DNA of 64,000 nt from an uncultured Acidobacteriia bacterium (GTDB taxonomy: Bacteria > Acidobacteriota > Terriglobia > Bryobacterales > Bryobacteraceae). Each line of letters begins with the position of its first letter. Position 1 is the stretch's first letter. The translations under genes and the position numbers were made by a program. Positions 1 to 8,981 of this stretch are shown here, piece by piece. Location of the stretch: assembly GCA_903900705.1 (NCBI GenBank), contig CAIUOG010000175.1, positions 913-64,912 on the forward strand, read 5' to 3'. Under the pieces are notes generated by a model that saw only the letters and a list, made by a program, of their open reading frames with translations, was not told where the DNA came from and searched no databases.

Positions 1-157
1 CGGAGTAGGGCGCACCGGTCACAAAAGACTCCGGGCCGCCAAACATGCCGACGCCGCGGCCACCCATGGGCCCGAAGCCACCGCCCATGCCGGGACGTGG
101 CCCCTGGGCGAACAGGGCAGGTATGGCGAGGCAAAAAATCAGAAACGACTTATTCAT
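1..157 (-). CDS. secreted Gly/Met-rich protein, N-terminal fragment running off the window edge (possibly Spy/CpxP/ZraP-like periplasmic protein)
   Basis: Reverse-strand ATG at 155-157, 20 nt downstream of the anti-sigma stop on the same strand. Translation is MNKSFLIFCLAIPALFAQGPRPGMGGGFGPMGGRGVGMFGGPESFVTGAPYS, a Sec-type signal peptide followed by a Gly/Met-rich tract. Not in the ORF track because it is truncated. Confidence 0.4.
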   Translation of the reverse strand, partial: MNKSFLIFCLAIPALFAQGPRPGMGGGFGPMGGRGVGMFGGPESFVTGAPYS

Positions 158-177
158 TTTCAGAACTCCTCAGAACT

Positions 178-807
178 TCAAAACTCTTCCGAACCACCAT
201 CCGCTGCTTCCGACGAACCTTCGTTGGAGACCCGGACCGCGCGGGGGAACCCGTCTTCACCCACCAGAACGTCGGCGGGGAGTTCGGCGGTCCAGGTGGG
301 ATCGACGTTGACGCCCATGCTGGCCAGCGCGGCGGGCTGCAGGGCGGTGTGCACGACTCGCACCATCTCGCCTGGCGCAAGGGGCGGGGCGAACGGAACG
401 TCGATAAAGCCTTCTTCGCGGGCCTCGGATTCGGCATCCACAGCGACTTCCACAGGCACGGGAGGCGTCCGTACCTCATGAATGGCGAAGGCCGCAATGA
501 GAGCGGCGGCAGCGGCAGCCAGACTCCAGGCCCACTTCCGGCCGCGCGCGGGCTGCGGCCGGCGCGCGGCGAACTCGTTCAGCAGGCGGGATCGGGCGGC
601 GTCGCCTGACTTCGCTTCCCCGGACTGAAGCCGCAGAATCCGAAGCCTGGCGGAAAGGTCCCGTTGTTCCTGCCAGTGCGCCGCGCAGGCCGCGCAGGTA
701 TCCACATGCCGTTGCAGATCGGCATCGAGCAGCCCGCCGCGCTTTCGCGCCGCTTCCGTCAGCCCTGGATTTGCCGTTTCACAGTTCATCAGCCTAATCA
801 CCCCCAT
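178..807 (-). CDS. anti-sigma factor with zf-HC2-type N-terminus, single TM segment and periplasmic C-terminal domain
   Basis: The HVDTCAACAAHW motif (H-x3-C-x2-C) is typical of ECF anti-sigma factors. A hydrophobic segment WAWSLAAAAAALIAAFAI follows. It overlaps the sigma gene stop by 10 nt. An alternative start MNCETA lies at 789. Confidence 0.7.
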   Translation of the reverse strand: MGVIRLMNCETANPGLTEAARKRGGLLDADLQRHVDTCAACAAHWQEQRDLSARLRILRLQSGEAKSGDAARSRLLNEFAARRPQPARGRKWAWSLAAAAAALIAAFAIHEVRTPPVPVEVAVDAESEAREEGFIDVPFAPPLAPGEMVRVVHTALQPAALASMGVNVDPTWTAELPADVLVGEDGFPRAVRVSNEGSSEAADGGSEEF

Positions 808-1361
808 CTAGACACCATTTCGAGGGGCTTCAACCGCCTCAGCTTACCCGCCAACAGGCCGCGCGCACGGTGCAAACGGGACCGCACGGTGCCCACCGGA
901 CAGTTCATGAGGCGCGCCGCCTCGTCATAATTCCGTTCTTCCAGGTCGCAAAGAATAACAGCATCGCGATAGGCCTCCGGCAGTTCCCGGATTGCCGCGT
1001 GCAGCGCCGCCACATTTTCCCCGTCAATCAGTTCGCCCAGAATGTCGTGGTGGACAGCCTGATCGACCGGCTCTTCCACCGGCCCTTTGCGCCGCAGCGC
1101 GCGTACCAGATTCCGGGCCACGCCATACATCCAGCCTTCGAGCGAGCCTCTCTCTTCTTCATACCGGCAGGTGAGCGACATCAAATGCAGAAACACGTCG
1201 TGCGCGATTTCCTGCGCGGCGGCGGCGCTGCCCGTCATGTGGAGCGCATACCGAAACAGGCCGGGCTCCCGCCTGTCGTAGAGTTCCGCGAACGCAGCGC
1301 TGTCTCCGTTTTTCATGAGCCGGTAGAGTTGCTCATCGGGCCTTTGCATGCTCTCGTTCAT
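798..1361 (-). CDS. ECF (sigma-70 family, group IV) RNA polymerase sigma factor
   Basis: 187 aa. Region 2 reads FAELYDRREPGLFRYALHMTGSAAAAQEIAHDVF. Region 4 HTH reads YRDAVILCDLEERNYDEAARLMNCPVGTVRSRLHRAR. It is followed directly by the anti-sigma gene. Confidence 0.9.
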   Translation of the reverse strand: MNESMQRPDEQLYRLMKNGDSAAFAELYDRREPGLFRYALHMTGSAAAAQEIAHDVFLHLMSLTCRYEEERGSLEGWMYGVARNLVRALRRKGPVEEPVDQAVHHDILGELIDGENVAALHAAIRELPEAYRDAVILCDLEERNYDEAARLMNCPVGTVRSRLHRARGLLAGKLRRLKPLEMVSRWG

Positions 1362-1475
1362 GTTATATTGCGCGACGCCCGCCGAAAGTTCCCGCGCATT
1401 CCAGGCGGAACGCGCTTCAGCGAATCTTCAGCCGGATGCGGTAACCTATGAGGCGTCTTTCCTGAAAGGATCAAT

Positions 1476-2477
1476 ATGAAATATTCTCTCGTTCTGGCTT
1501 CCGGACTGCTGGCCCTCTGTTCCGCCGCGTTTGCCGCCGCGCCCGCTTACAAGGTGCTGACCAAGATCAAGATCGGTGGCGCCGGCCGCTGGGACTACGT
1601 TTATGTGGACAGCGCGAACCACAAGCTTTACGTTTCCCACGGCACCCAGACGGAAGTGATCGATACGACGACCGACAAGCTGATTGCCACCATTCCGGAT
1701 ACCAAGGGCGTTCACGGCATCGCCGTCGCCAACGATCTGGGCAAGGGCTTCACGAGCAACGGCACCACGAACAACGTGACGGTGTTCGACCTGAAGACCA
1801 GCAAGGCGACCGGCACTTTCAACACCGGCCAGAACCCGGACGCGATCATCTATGAGCCCAGTACGCATCGTGTGCTGACGCTGAACGGCAAGAGCAATGA
1901 CGCCACCATTTATGACGTGAAGACCGGCCAGGTTGTGGCGGCATCCGTTCCGGTGGGCGGCAAGCCGGAATTCGCGCAGGTGGATGGCAAGGGCAACGTG
2001 TACGTGAACATTGAAAACACGAACGAAGTGATTGTGATCAATGCCGCCAATGCGACGGTTGCGAAGCGCTACTCGATCGCTCCGTGCGACGGGCCGAGCG
2101 GTCTGGCGATCGACACGAAGAAGGGCCTGCTCTTCTCCGTCTGCAACAAGGTCATGGCTGTGAGCAATCCGGCGACCGGCAAGGTGGTGGCGTCTGTCAC
2201 GATCGGCCAGAACCCGGACGGCGTGGCGTTTGACGATGGTTACGCGTTCAGCGCCAACGGCAAAGACGGCAACATCTCGATGGTGAGCGAAACCGCGCCT
2301 GGCAAGTGGGATGTGGTGGCGACGATTCCGACGCAGGCGGGCGCGCGCACCATCGGCGCGGACCAGAAGGCGCATAAACTGTACCTTCCGGCGGCGGAAA
2401 TGGGACCGGCCCCGGCGGGCGGCGGACGCGCGCAGGCGGTGCCGGACAGCTTCTCGATTATTGTTGTCGGCCGGTAG
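1476..2477 (+). CDS. secreted YVTN/YncE-like beta-propeller repeat protein
   Basis: Signal peptide MKYSLVLASGLLALCSAAFA. Repeated blades of about 40 aa carry V-x-V-ID, G-x-x-P-x-G-I/V-A and N-x-V-T/S-V-x-D patterns. Confidence 0.75.
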   Translation: MKYSLVLASGLLALCSAAFAAAPAYKVLTKIKIGGAGRWDYVYVDSANHKLYVSHGTQTEVIDTTTDKLIATIPDTKGVHGIAVANDLGKGFTSNGTTNNVTVFDLKTSKATGTFNTGQNPDAIIYEPSTHRVLTLNGKSNDATIYDVKTGQVVAASVPVGGKPEFAQVDGKGNVYVNIENTNEVIVINAANATVAKRYSIAPCDGPSGLAIDTKKGLLFSVCNKVMAVSNPATGKVVASVTIGQNPDGVAFDDGYAFSANGKDGNISMVSETAPGKWDVVATIPTQAGARTIGADQKAHKLYLPAAEMGPAPAGGGRAQAVPDSFSIIVVGR

Positions 2478-2494
2478 AAACGGCAGTGTCACAG

Positions 2495-2530
2495 AAAAGG
2501 CCCCGGTGTCCGCACCAGGGCCTTTTCTTT
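2495..2530. terminator. bidirectional intrinsic terminator between convergent genes
   Basis: Stem GGCCCCGGTG (2499-2508), loop TCCG, stem CACCAGGGCC (2513-2522), with 9 of 10 positions paired. It is flanked by an A-run upstream and TTTTCTTTTCC downstream. Confidence 0.7.
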
Positions 2531-2537
2531 TCCTCAA

Positions 2538-3923
2538 TCAGCTCCATAAACGATCATTGGAGCGATCCACGTTCCACTCCTCGGTGGGACCGAAGTAGGT
2601 TGTATTCGGCATCAGGTGCCGCTTCATGACATCGTCATTCAGCACCACGCCCAGACCGGGTTTATCCGGCACCGTGATGAAGCCTTTGTTGACAATGGGC
2701 TTTTCCACGCCCTCCACCAGATCACTCCACCAGGGAATGTCCACCGAGTGATTTTCCAGCACGAGGAAGTTTTCCGTGGCGGCGGCGCAATGGACGTTGG
2801 CCATGCAACTGACGGGAGAACCCGCAAAATGCATCACCATGCCGACGCCGTGCTCCTGAATGGCATCGCCGATTTTGTGGGTTTCGAGAATGCCGCCGGA
2901 AGTGGCGAGATCCGGGTGCAGAAGGTCCACCGCGTGCATGGAAGCCAGTTTGATGAAGTTCTCTTTGAGATAGATATCCTCACCGGTCGCGAGCGGAATG
3001 CCGATCTGTGATTTGATCTCCCGGAGAAGTTCCGGATACTGCCAGGGAACCATGTCTTCGAGCCAGGCGAGGTTGTATTTTTCGAGCGCGCGACCGAGGC
3101 GAACGCAGGATTTCACTCCGATGTGGCCGAAGTGGTCGGCTGCGAGCGGAATGTCGTAGCCCACCATTTCGCGGACGGTGGAGACGAACTCGGCCATCTT
3201 GTCGATGCCGCGCGGCGTGAGTTCAATGCCTGTGAACATGTGCTGGGTGTTGCCGCCCTGGCCGAGGTCGGCATTGCCGCCGTCGCCGGGCGTGGGCGCC
3301 GGTCTGGAGAGCGTGCCGGGCTGACCGTTGAGAAGGTCAATGCCCAGGTCCATTTTGAGCCAGGTGAAGCCCTGGTCTTTGCGGAGCTTCAACCTCTGGC
3401 CGTAGATCTTCGGGTCGTCGGATTCAGTGGTATCGGCATAGCAGCGGATACGGTCGCGGAATTTTCCGCCCAGCATCTGCCAGACGGGAACACCGTAGGC
3501 CTTGCCGGCGAGGTCCCAGAGAGCCATTTCGACGGCGCACACGCCGCCCGCCTGGCGGGAGTTACCGCCAAACTGTTTGATCTTGCGGAAGATCCTGTCG
3601 ATATTGCAGGGATTCTCGCCCAGGATACGGCTTTTGAGGAACAGGGCGTAGCGGGCGGTGGCGCCGTCGCGCACCTCGCCCAGGCCATAGATGCCCTGGT
3701 TGGTGTCTATACGGATGATGGGATCCGTCATGGGTGCGCCACGCAGGGTGGCGACGCGAAGATCGGTGATCTTCAGCTGAGAGGGAACCGAGTTCTTACT
3801 GACGTTTTGGGGGGCGCCTTCGAGGGTCTCGTCGGACCAGAAGGAAGTTGCGACCGCGGCTCCCGCGAGCTGGATCAGAGAGCGGCGTCCCAGTTTGCCG
3901 GACGGCATGGATGGTACCTCCAC
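2538..3923 (-). CDS. enolase-superfamily enzyme (mandelate racemase/muconate lactonizing family, sugar-acid dehydratase-like) with Tat signal peptide
   Basis: 461 aa. The N-terminus GKLGRRSLIQLAGAAVATSFW is a twin-arginine motif. Family motifs present are LKMDLG, AADHFGH, WLEDMVPW, ATGEDIY and HPDLATSGG. Confidence 0.8.
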   Translation of the reverse strand: MEVPSMPSGKLGRRSLIQLAGAAVATSFWSDETLEGAPQNVSKNSVPSQLKITDLRVATLRGAPMTDPIIRIDTNQGIYGLGEVRDGATARYALFLKSRILGENPCNIDRIFRKIKQFGGNSRQAGGVCAVEMALWDLAGKAYGVPVWQMLGGKFRDRIRCYADTTESDDPKIYGQRLKLRKDQGFTWLKMDLGIDLLNGQPGTLSRPAPTPGDGGNADLGQGGNTQHMFTGIELTPRGIDKMAEFVSTVREMVGYDIPLAADHFGHIGVKSCVRLGRALEKYNLAWLEDMVPWQYPELLREIKSQIGIPLATGEDIYLKENFIKLASMHAVDLLHPDLATSGGILETHKIGDAIQEHGVGMVMHFAGSPVSCMANVHCAAATENFLVLENHSVDIPWWSDLVEGVEKPIVNKGFITVPDKPGLGVVLNDDVMKRHLMPNTTYFGPTEEWNVDRSNDRLWS

Positions 3924-4006
3924 TTGCGCGCCGCGGCCATCCTAAGCACACGTTAGCCGCGGGCGATGACTTGCAGCCGAATTCTATCAGGGAGGTTTTA
4001 CTGAAC

Positions 4007-4032
4007 GGGGTGGCAGGTGAGCCGGCCACCCC
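4007..4032 (-). terminator. possible terminator hairpin downstream of the oxidoreductase gene (no clear U-tract)
   Basis: Perfect 8-bp stem GGGGTGGC (4007-4014) / GCCACCCC (4025-4032) with a 10-nt loop, 16 nt past the stop at 4048. Confidence 0.3.
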
Positions 4033-4047
4033 TGTGAGGTGTTGCGA

Positions 4048-5454
4048 TCAGCCCCGGCGCGCCGGTTTCGGAGCCGGGGCACCCTTCTGGAGAGCATCGA
4101 TTTCCGACCACATCACTTTGCGTTCTTCGTCCATGGCCAGATTGGTGAGGATGACGGTGGCGGAATCGGCGAGGCCGATTTCGAGATTGGCCTTCGGTTT
4201 CCCGTTGGTCTTACAGTCGCGGAAAAAGCTTTCGAGTTCGGTATCGACCGGGTTGCGGGGCTCTTCGGGCATCATGACACCCTTCGAGTACAGCCACTGG
4301 CGGGCGAACTTCATTTCCTTGTCGACAAAGGCTTCGTTGGGGGCCACTTTGTCGCGGTCGAGCAGAATGGGCACGCCCTTGGACGCGCCGGCGGCAACCA
4401 TGGTGGCGCCGGCCACATAGGCCTTCTTTTCACCAGCTTTGGTGACGGAGGGCGGCGGGGTGGGTTCACGATACCAGACGGCCATGACTGGATGGGAGTC
4501 ATCACCGACGGTGATTTCGACCGCGCCCTCGGTACCCATGATGACTTCGCCGAACTCGGTGCGCGTGCCGCCGAACAGCGACAGGTGCGAGTTGGTGGAG
4601 ATGTACATCGAGATCAGCTTCTGCTTCTTCGGGTACTTGTAGATGACCTGAATGTTGTCGAGAATGTCGCGGCCATCGAACTGATAGTCATGGCCGCCAA
4701 CACCCACGATGGACTCGGGCGGAGCGCCGAACATCCACTCGGCGACGTCCACCTGGTGCGATGCCAGTTCGGCCGCCAGACCGCCTGAGTATTCGCGATA
4801 GAGACGCCAGTTGGCCATCTTCTGATCGTTGATATTCGGCATCGGCTTCATCTTCCAGCCGGGGTTGCGGTTCCACTGGGAATACATGTGGGTGACGTTG
4901 CCGAGGACGCCTTTATCGACCATGGCCTTCACGGCCTGGTAGAACTCGCTGTAGCGGCGCTGCAGACCCACCTGCATGACCTGTTTCGGGCGCTGTTCCA
5001 CCAGCGTCCGCAGTTCGGCCATTTCCGGCGCTTTGAACACCAGGCTCTTTTCGCAGAAGACGTGCTTGCCCGCGAGCAGCGCATCCTTGGTGATGGGGAA
5101 GTGCATGAACAGCGGCACCGCGATAATCACGGCGTCGATGTCATTTTTGCTGAGCAGTTCCCGGTAGTCTTTGAACTTCGCCGGGTTGGTGCCGATGGTG
5201 CCGGCGGAACGGTCGAGATGTTCCTGGTTGATGTCGCAGATGGCGACGCAGCGACCGTTATCGATGCCGTGCAGGTGCTTGAGGAGATAGTCTCCGCGGC
5301 TGCCCGTGCCGATGACGCCGTAGCGAATCTGGTCGCCGGCGGCTTTGACGATGGCGGGCGCACCCGTAATCTGAGTGGCGGCGGCAATGGCTGCGCCAGC
5401 CGCGCCGGCAAATTTCACCGCGTCACGGCGGGACAAATCGTTCAATTTCTCCAT
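4048..5454 (-). CDS. Gfo/Idh/MocA family oxidoreductase with Tat signal peptide
   Basis: 468 aa. The N-terminus LSRRDAVKFAGAAGAAIAAA is a twin-arginine motif. A Rossmann motif IRYGVIGTGSRG follows, and VFCEKSL matches the EKP-like motif of this family. Confidence 0.85.
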   Translation of the reverse strand: MEKLNDLSRRDAVKFAGAAGAAIAAATQITGAPAIVKAAGDQIRYGVIGTGSRGDYLLKHLHGIDNGRCVAICDINQEHLDRSAGTIGTNPAKFKDYRELLSKNDIDAVIIAVPLFMHFPITKDALLAGKHVFCEKSLVFKAPEMAELRTLVEQRPKQVMQVGLQRRYSEFYQAVKAMVDKGVLGNVTHMYSQWNRNPGWKMKPMPNINDQKMANWRLYREYSGGLAAELASHQVDVAEWMFGAPPESIVGVGGHDYQFDGRDILDNIQVIYKYPKKQKLISMYISTNSHLSLFGGTRTEFGEVIMGTEGAVEITVGDDSHPVMAVWYREPTPPPSVTKAGEKKAYVAGATMVAAGASKGVPILLDRDKVAPNEAFVDKEMKFARQWLYSKGVMMPEEPRNPVDTELESFFRDCKTNGKPKANLEIGLADSATVILTNLAMDEERKVMWSEIDALQKGAPAPKPARRG

Positions 5455-5499
5455 GCTATGTCAGTCTATAACAGGAGGATACGGAGAGGGGAAAACCGG

Positions 5500-6423
5500 C
5501 TAGACCGTCAGCGTGCGTCCGGCCCGTTTTTCGAGGATCGACGCCGGGGCAAGCGAGGGGTTGGCAAGGCTCTTCCGGGAGACAATGACGGTCTGTTCCA
5601 GAGCCAGACGTCCGCCCAGCACGGCGTGCGGGACCACGTCTGTGAAGACGAGCCAGGTGGAACCGGGGGGCAGATCGAAGCGGTATTTAGGGCAGTCGCG
5701 CTGGTAGGCTTCATTGGCCTTCATCCAGTCGTGCAGGTGCAGCATGAAGGCGTCATAGGGGGAACGGTCCACCAGAGGGAGCCCAAGACCGCGCAGAGCC
5801 CGGGATGCGGAGCGGCGCAGGTTATGGAGCCCGGAACCGGAAAGAGCCGCGTAACGGTCGAGCCCGGCGTGGTCGGCTTCACGTTCCGCCAGTTGGGGGA
5901 AGGGGTCGGACGTCATCCATTCCCTGGGCTGTTCGGGATTCACGTTGGTGAAGCAGCGCAGAATCATGTCGCCAAAAACCGGGCGGGTGGGAAAGGCGTC
6001 CACGTGCAGAAGGTCATTGCGCTTGGTGAGCGGCAGGTCACGCCCTCGTTCCTCAATGGAACGGAAGCTGGCGTAATCGACCTTCCAGCCGCGGGAATAC
6101 TCGGGCAGAATGCGCGACAGGAATTCGAGCGCGGACCGGGAGTACTCGCGCATCCCCGCCCGGACGGTCTCGGATTCGGACTTGTCGATAAGACCCGAAA
6201 CCCGATCAACATTGGGTTTATAGGCAATATTCTTGTGAATGCTGCGGGCATCCTGGGTTGCGCCCATCAGCGCGGGAAGCACGGCAGGGGGCAAAGAAAA
6301 GCCGCCGTCCGGAAAAAATAGAATGTTGCCTTTCTCCAGAACAGAGCGAAAATCAGTGGTCGAGGCTGCGGGTACCAGGATCAATTTACCCAGTGTATCG
6401 CTGCGCACCCCAAAAAATGACAA
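5500..6423 (-). CDS. Kdo hydroxylase (KdoO)-like Fe(II)/2-oxoglutarate dioxygenase family protein
   Basis: 307 aa. LHVDAFPTRP..ILRCFTNVNP, WLVFTDVVPHAVLGGRLALEQT and KGNILFFP resemble the Kdo_hydroxy (PF11004) family as I remember it. Confidence 0.6.
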   Translation of the reverse strand: MSFFGVRSDTLGKLILVPAASTTDFRSVLEKGNILFFPDGGFSLPPAVLPALMGATQDARSIHKNIAYKPNVDRVSGLIDKSESETVRAGMREYSRSALEFLSRILPEYSRGWKVDYASFRSIEERGRDLPLTKRNDLLHVDAFPTRPVFGDMILRCFTNVNPEQPREWMTSDPFPQLAEREADHAGLDRYAALSGSGLHNLRRSASRALRGLGLPLVDRSPYDAFMLHLHDWMKANEAYQRDCPKYRFDLPPGSTWLVFTDVVPHAVLGGRLALEQTVIVSRKSLANPSLAPASILEKRAGRTLTV

Positions 6424-6426
6424 CCG

Positions 6427-7170
6427 TTGTTCTATAGTGGAACATTGTTCCCGATGCTAGAGGCATACGCTCTTACAGACCCGGGCCGGGTTCGCACATC
6501 CAATCAGGACTCCTTCCGGATCATTCCGGAGGCGGGTCTCTTCCTGCTTGCCGACGGTATGGGCGGCGCAAGGGGAGGTGAGCGTGCCTCGCAGCTCGCC
6601 GTGGAGTGCGTGGCCGATGTCCTTTCGCGCTCCGCGCACCGCGATGCGGCGGCGCTGCTGGGCGCGGTGGAAGAAGCGAATCTGGTGGTGCTGCGGGAGG
6701 CCACGCGGGACCCTCGGCTCGAAGGCATGGGCACGACGCTGGTGGCCGCGCTCGAAACGAGCGAGAACGATCTGGCCATTGCCAGCGTGGGCGACAGTCG
6801 CGCTTACATTCTGCAGAAAGGCGCCATCCGGGCCATCACAGAAGACCAGACGTGGGTCCAGGAGGTCGGGCGACCTCTCGGGCTGGACGAGGAAAGCCTG
6901 CGGAACCACCCCATGCGGCACGTGCTGACAATGGCGGTCGGCGTGGGATCAGCCGTCCGCATCCGGTATTACGCGATGGAACTTGCGCCGGGTGACGTGA
7001 TGATGCTGTGCAGCGACGGGTTGCACGGGGTGGTGGCGATCGACATCATCGAAGGCATTCTGAACAACGGCGCGACGCTGGCGGAAAAGTGCCACAGTCT
7101 GATCTCGGCGGCGCATGACGCCGGGAGTCCCGACAACGTGACCGTGGTCCTGATCCGCATCGCCCAATAG
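6427..7170 (+). CDS. PP2C-family Ser/Thr protein phosphatase (Stp-like)
   Basis: Motifs present are LTDPGRVRTSNQDSF, LADGMGG, GTTLVAA, VGDSRAY, LCSDGL and DNVTVVL. The likely true start is MLEAYAL at 6454. Confidence 0.9.
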   Translation: MFYSGTLFPMLEAYALTDPGRVRTSNQDSFRIIPEAGLFLLADGMGGARGGERASQLAVECVADVLSRSAHRDAAALLGAVEEANLVVLREATRDPRLEGMGTTLVAALETSENDLAIASVGDSRAYILQKGAIRAITEDQTWVQEVGRPLGLDEESLRNHPMRHVLTMAVGVGSAVRIRYYAMELAPGDVMMLCSDGLHGVVAIDIIEGILNNGATLAEKCHSLISAAHDAGSPDNVTVVLIRIAQ

Positions 7171-7189
7171 AATCCAACGCTCTGAAACC

Positions 7190-8317
7190 TCAGGGCTTCG
7201 GCGCGGCGGCGGGACCTCTGCCCTGCCCCGGCGGCGTGGGCAGCGGCTGGGTCATATAAACCGCAATGTCTTTGGCCGCTTTGGTCTCCACACCGGGTTT
7301 CTGCAGGAAGCCGAGGTCGCGGAACCAGTCGATGAAGCGATACTGCCAGGTTCCGTAGGGGATGTTGCCGCGGTCGGTGAGACCACCGCTCATCCGGGAA
7401 CCATCGGGCAAAGGATCGCCGGGGTGGCGTCCATTGCCGTACATGTGCATTTCCACGTTGGGCACGCCGACGCTGAGCATGGCGCTGTAGTAATCGAGGG
7501 CCCAGATGGCGTGCACACGATCACCGGCGCTGCCACAGACGATGAAGGCGGGCGGCACGTTCTTGGGGATGGGCGGAGCGGTGCGGCCGCGGGCAAAGGG
7601 CGTGGGACCGGGGTAGATCACGCCAACGAAGTCCGGGCGGGAAGAGACTCCGGTGAAGGGGTCGGCGGGGTCCGCGTTCTTCTTATCCCAGTCTTCAAAG
7701 AGCACGGCGGCAGGGGTGGCGAGTTCCGCACCGGCGGAGAAGCCCATGATGCCGATTTTGTTGGGGTCGATGCCCCATTCCTTTGCATAAGCGCGGACCA
7801 TGCGGACGGCCTGCTGGGCGTCATAAACGGCGTCCGTCTGGGCGTTGTAGCCATCCTTGCGGAGGCGGTTGCGGAGGATGACGGTGTTGATGCCGTAGTT
7901 GTAAAAGAACGGGACGAAGTCCGCGCTTTCGCCGCCCACGTTGAGGGTGTTGTGGCCTCCGCCGGCCACCAGGATAATCGCCGCGCCGGTGTTGATGGCC
8001 TTTTCCACCATGTGTACTTCGATGGACGGGTTGTGGATGTTGACAATGCTGCTGATGCGGCCGGGGACCGCGCCGCTCATGTTGTAGACCTCGGGCTCCC
8101 GCACTTTATCGGCCTTGAGGTAGGGCGAATTGGGCGGGTAGAGAGGGACGACGATGCCGCCGGCGACGATGGGCTGCGGTGCGTAAGGAGCGTCGGTCCG
8201 GGGGCCTGGTTTGGGGACCGATTGGGGCGCCGGAAGAGGCGGGAGCGGTTTCTGCGCGTTGGCGATTGAGGGCGCTATGGCGGTGGCGATAAGAAGCAGG
8301 GCTGCGGTCGTCTTCAT
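7190..8317 (-). CDS. secreted alpha/beta hydrolase (esterase/lipase-like)
   Basis: Signal peptide MKTTAALLLIATAIAPSIANA. It has an oxyanion-type VAGGGH motif and a GFSAGA nucleophile elbow (G-x-S-x-G). Confidence 0.8.
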   Translation of the reverse strand: MKTTAALLLIATAIAPSIANAQKPLPPLPAPQSVPKPGPRTDAPYAPQPIVAGGIVVPLYPPNSPYLKADKVREPEVYNMSGAVPGRISSIVNIHNPSIEVHMVEKAINTGAAIILVAGGGHNTLNVGGESADFVPFFYNYGINTVILRNRLRKDGYNAQTDAVYDAQQAVRMVRAYAKEWGIDPNKIGIMGFSAGAELATPAAVLFEDWDKKNADPADPFTGVSSRPDFVGVIYPGPTPFARGRTAPPIPKNVPPAFIVCGSAGDRVHAIWALDYYSAMLSVGVPNVEMHMYGNGRHPGDPLPDGSRMSGGLTDRGNIPYGTWQYRFIDWFRDLGFLQKPGVETKAAKDIAVYMTQPLPTPPGQGRGPAAAPKP

Positions 8318-8345
8318 GTTCGAAGGTGACTATATCACCCGAAAA

Positions 8346-8378
8346 GGAGAGCAGGTCGCGGGCCTGCCCTCCTGTTTT
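8346..8378 (-). terminator. intrinsic terminator after the SnoaL-like lipoprotein gene
   Basis: Stem GGAGAGCAGG (8346-8355) / CCTGCCCTCC (8363-8372), 9 of 10 paired, with a 7-nt loop. On the minus strand the hairpin is followed by TTTTC. Confidence 0.6.
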
Positions 8379-8386
8379 CAGAACCG

Positions 8387-8926
8387 CTAGCGGCGGCGGG
8401 CTTTTTTCGCGGCCTTTACCGCCTTTTTGATCGGTTCCGGGACGGGCGGAGGAGGAGGCACTTCGGAGGAAGCGATGTCGGAGACCGCCTTCCAGCCGCC
8501 TTCCTTTTCCTTGTGGTAGACGGTGACGTAACTGCCGTGATCATTGACGACTTTCCTGTTCGGACCGGTAAAAGCCATGGTGTAGCTGCCCTGCGTGTAC
8601 GCAATATCACCGGATTTCGCGACTTCCACTTTGGAGGCCTTGAATTTCAGCTCCAGAGCCGGGTCGGAAAGCATGCCTTTGATCGTTTTGGTGATGGCTT
8701 CTTTGCCGGTGCTTACGGGCATGCCGGAGCCCATGAGAACGGCGTCGGTGGCGTAGTGCGCGATCGTTTTATCGGCGTCTTTTTGGGCGTAATCGTGATT
8801 CCATTGCGTTTCTATTTCTTTAATTGCTTTGGCGTCGGCCTCACGGGTATCGGCGGGCGCATCATCGCAGCCTGTCAGCAGCAGAGAGACAACGGTTACA
8901 CAGAACAGAGCGGCGAACTTCTTCAT
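8387..8926 (-). CDS. SnoaL-like/DUF4440 lipoprotein with Pro- and Lys-rich tail
   Basis: I refined the start to the ATG at 8926 (MKKFAALFCVTVVSLLLTGC, a lipobox). The body matches an NTF2-like fold pattern (IKEIETQWNHDYAQKDADK..HYATDAV). The upstream part of the 241-aa ORF looks non-protein. Confidence 0.7.
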   Translation of the reverse strand: MKKFAALFCVTVVSLLLTGCDDAPADTREADAKAIKEIETQWNHDYAQKDADKTIAHYATDAVLMGSGMPVSTGKEAITKTIKGMLSDPALELKFKASKVEVAKSGDIAYTQGSYTMAFTGPNRKVVNDHGSYVTVYHKEKEGGWKAVSDIASSEVPPPPPVPEPIKKAVKAAKKARRR

Positions 8927-8981
8927 GGTTTCTGCCTCCTGTCGTTTCGACTTCTCACGACGGATTGAGTATATGACAGTT

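Noticed and set aside
1362-1475. ECF-type autoregulated promoter (GGAAC ... CGTC) upstream of the sigma factor.
   Set aside because: GGAAC and CGTC are both present on the minus strand, but they are only 10 nt apart, against the expected 16-17 nt. An alternative GGAAT is 20 nt away. The spacing does not fit.
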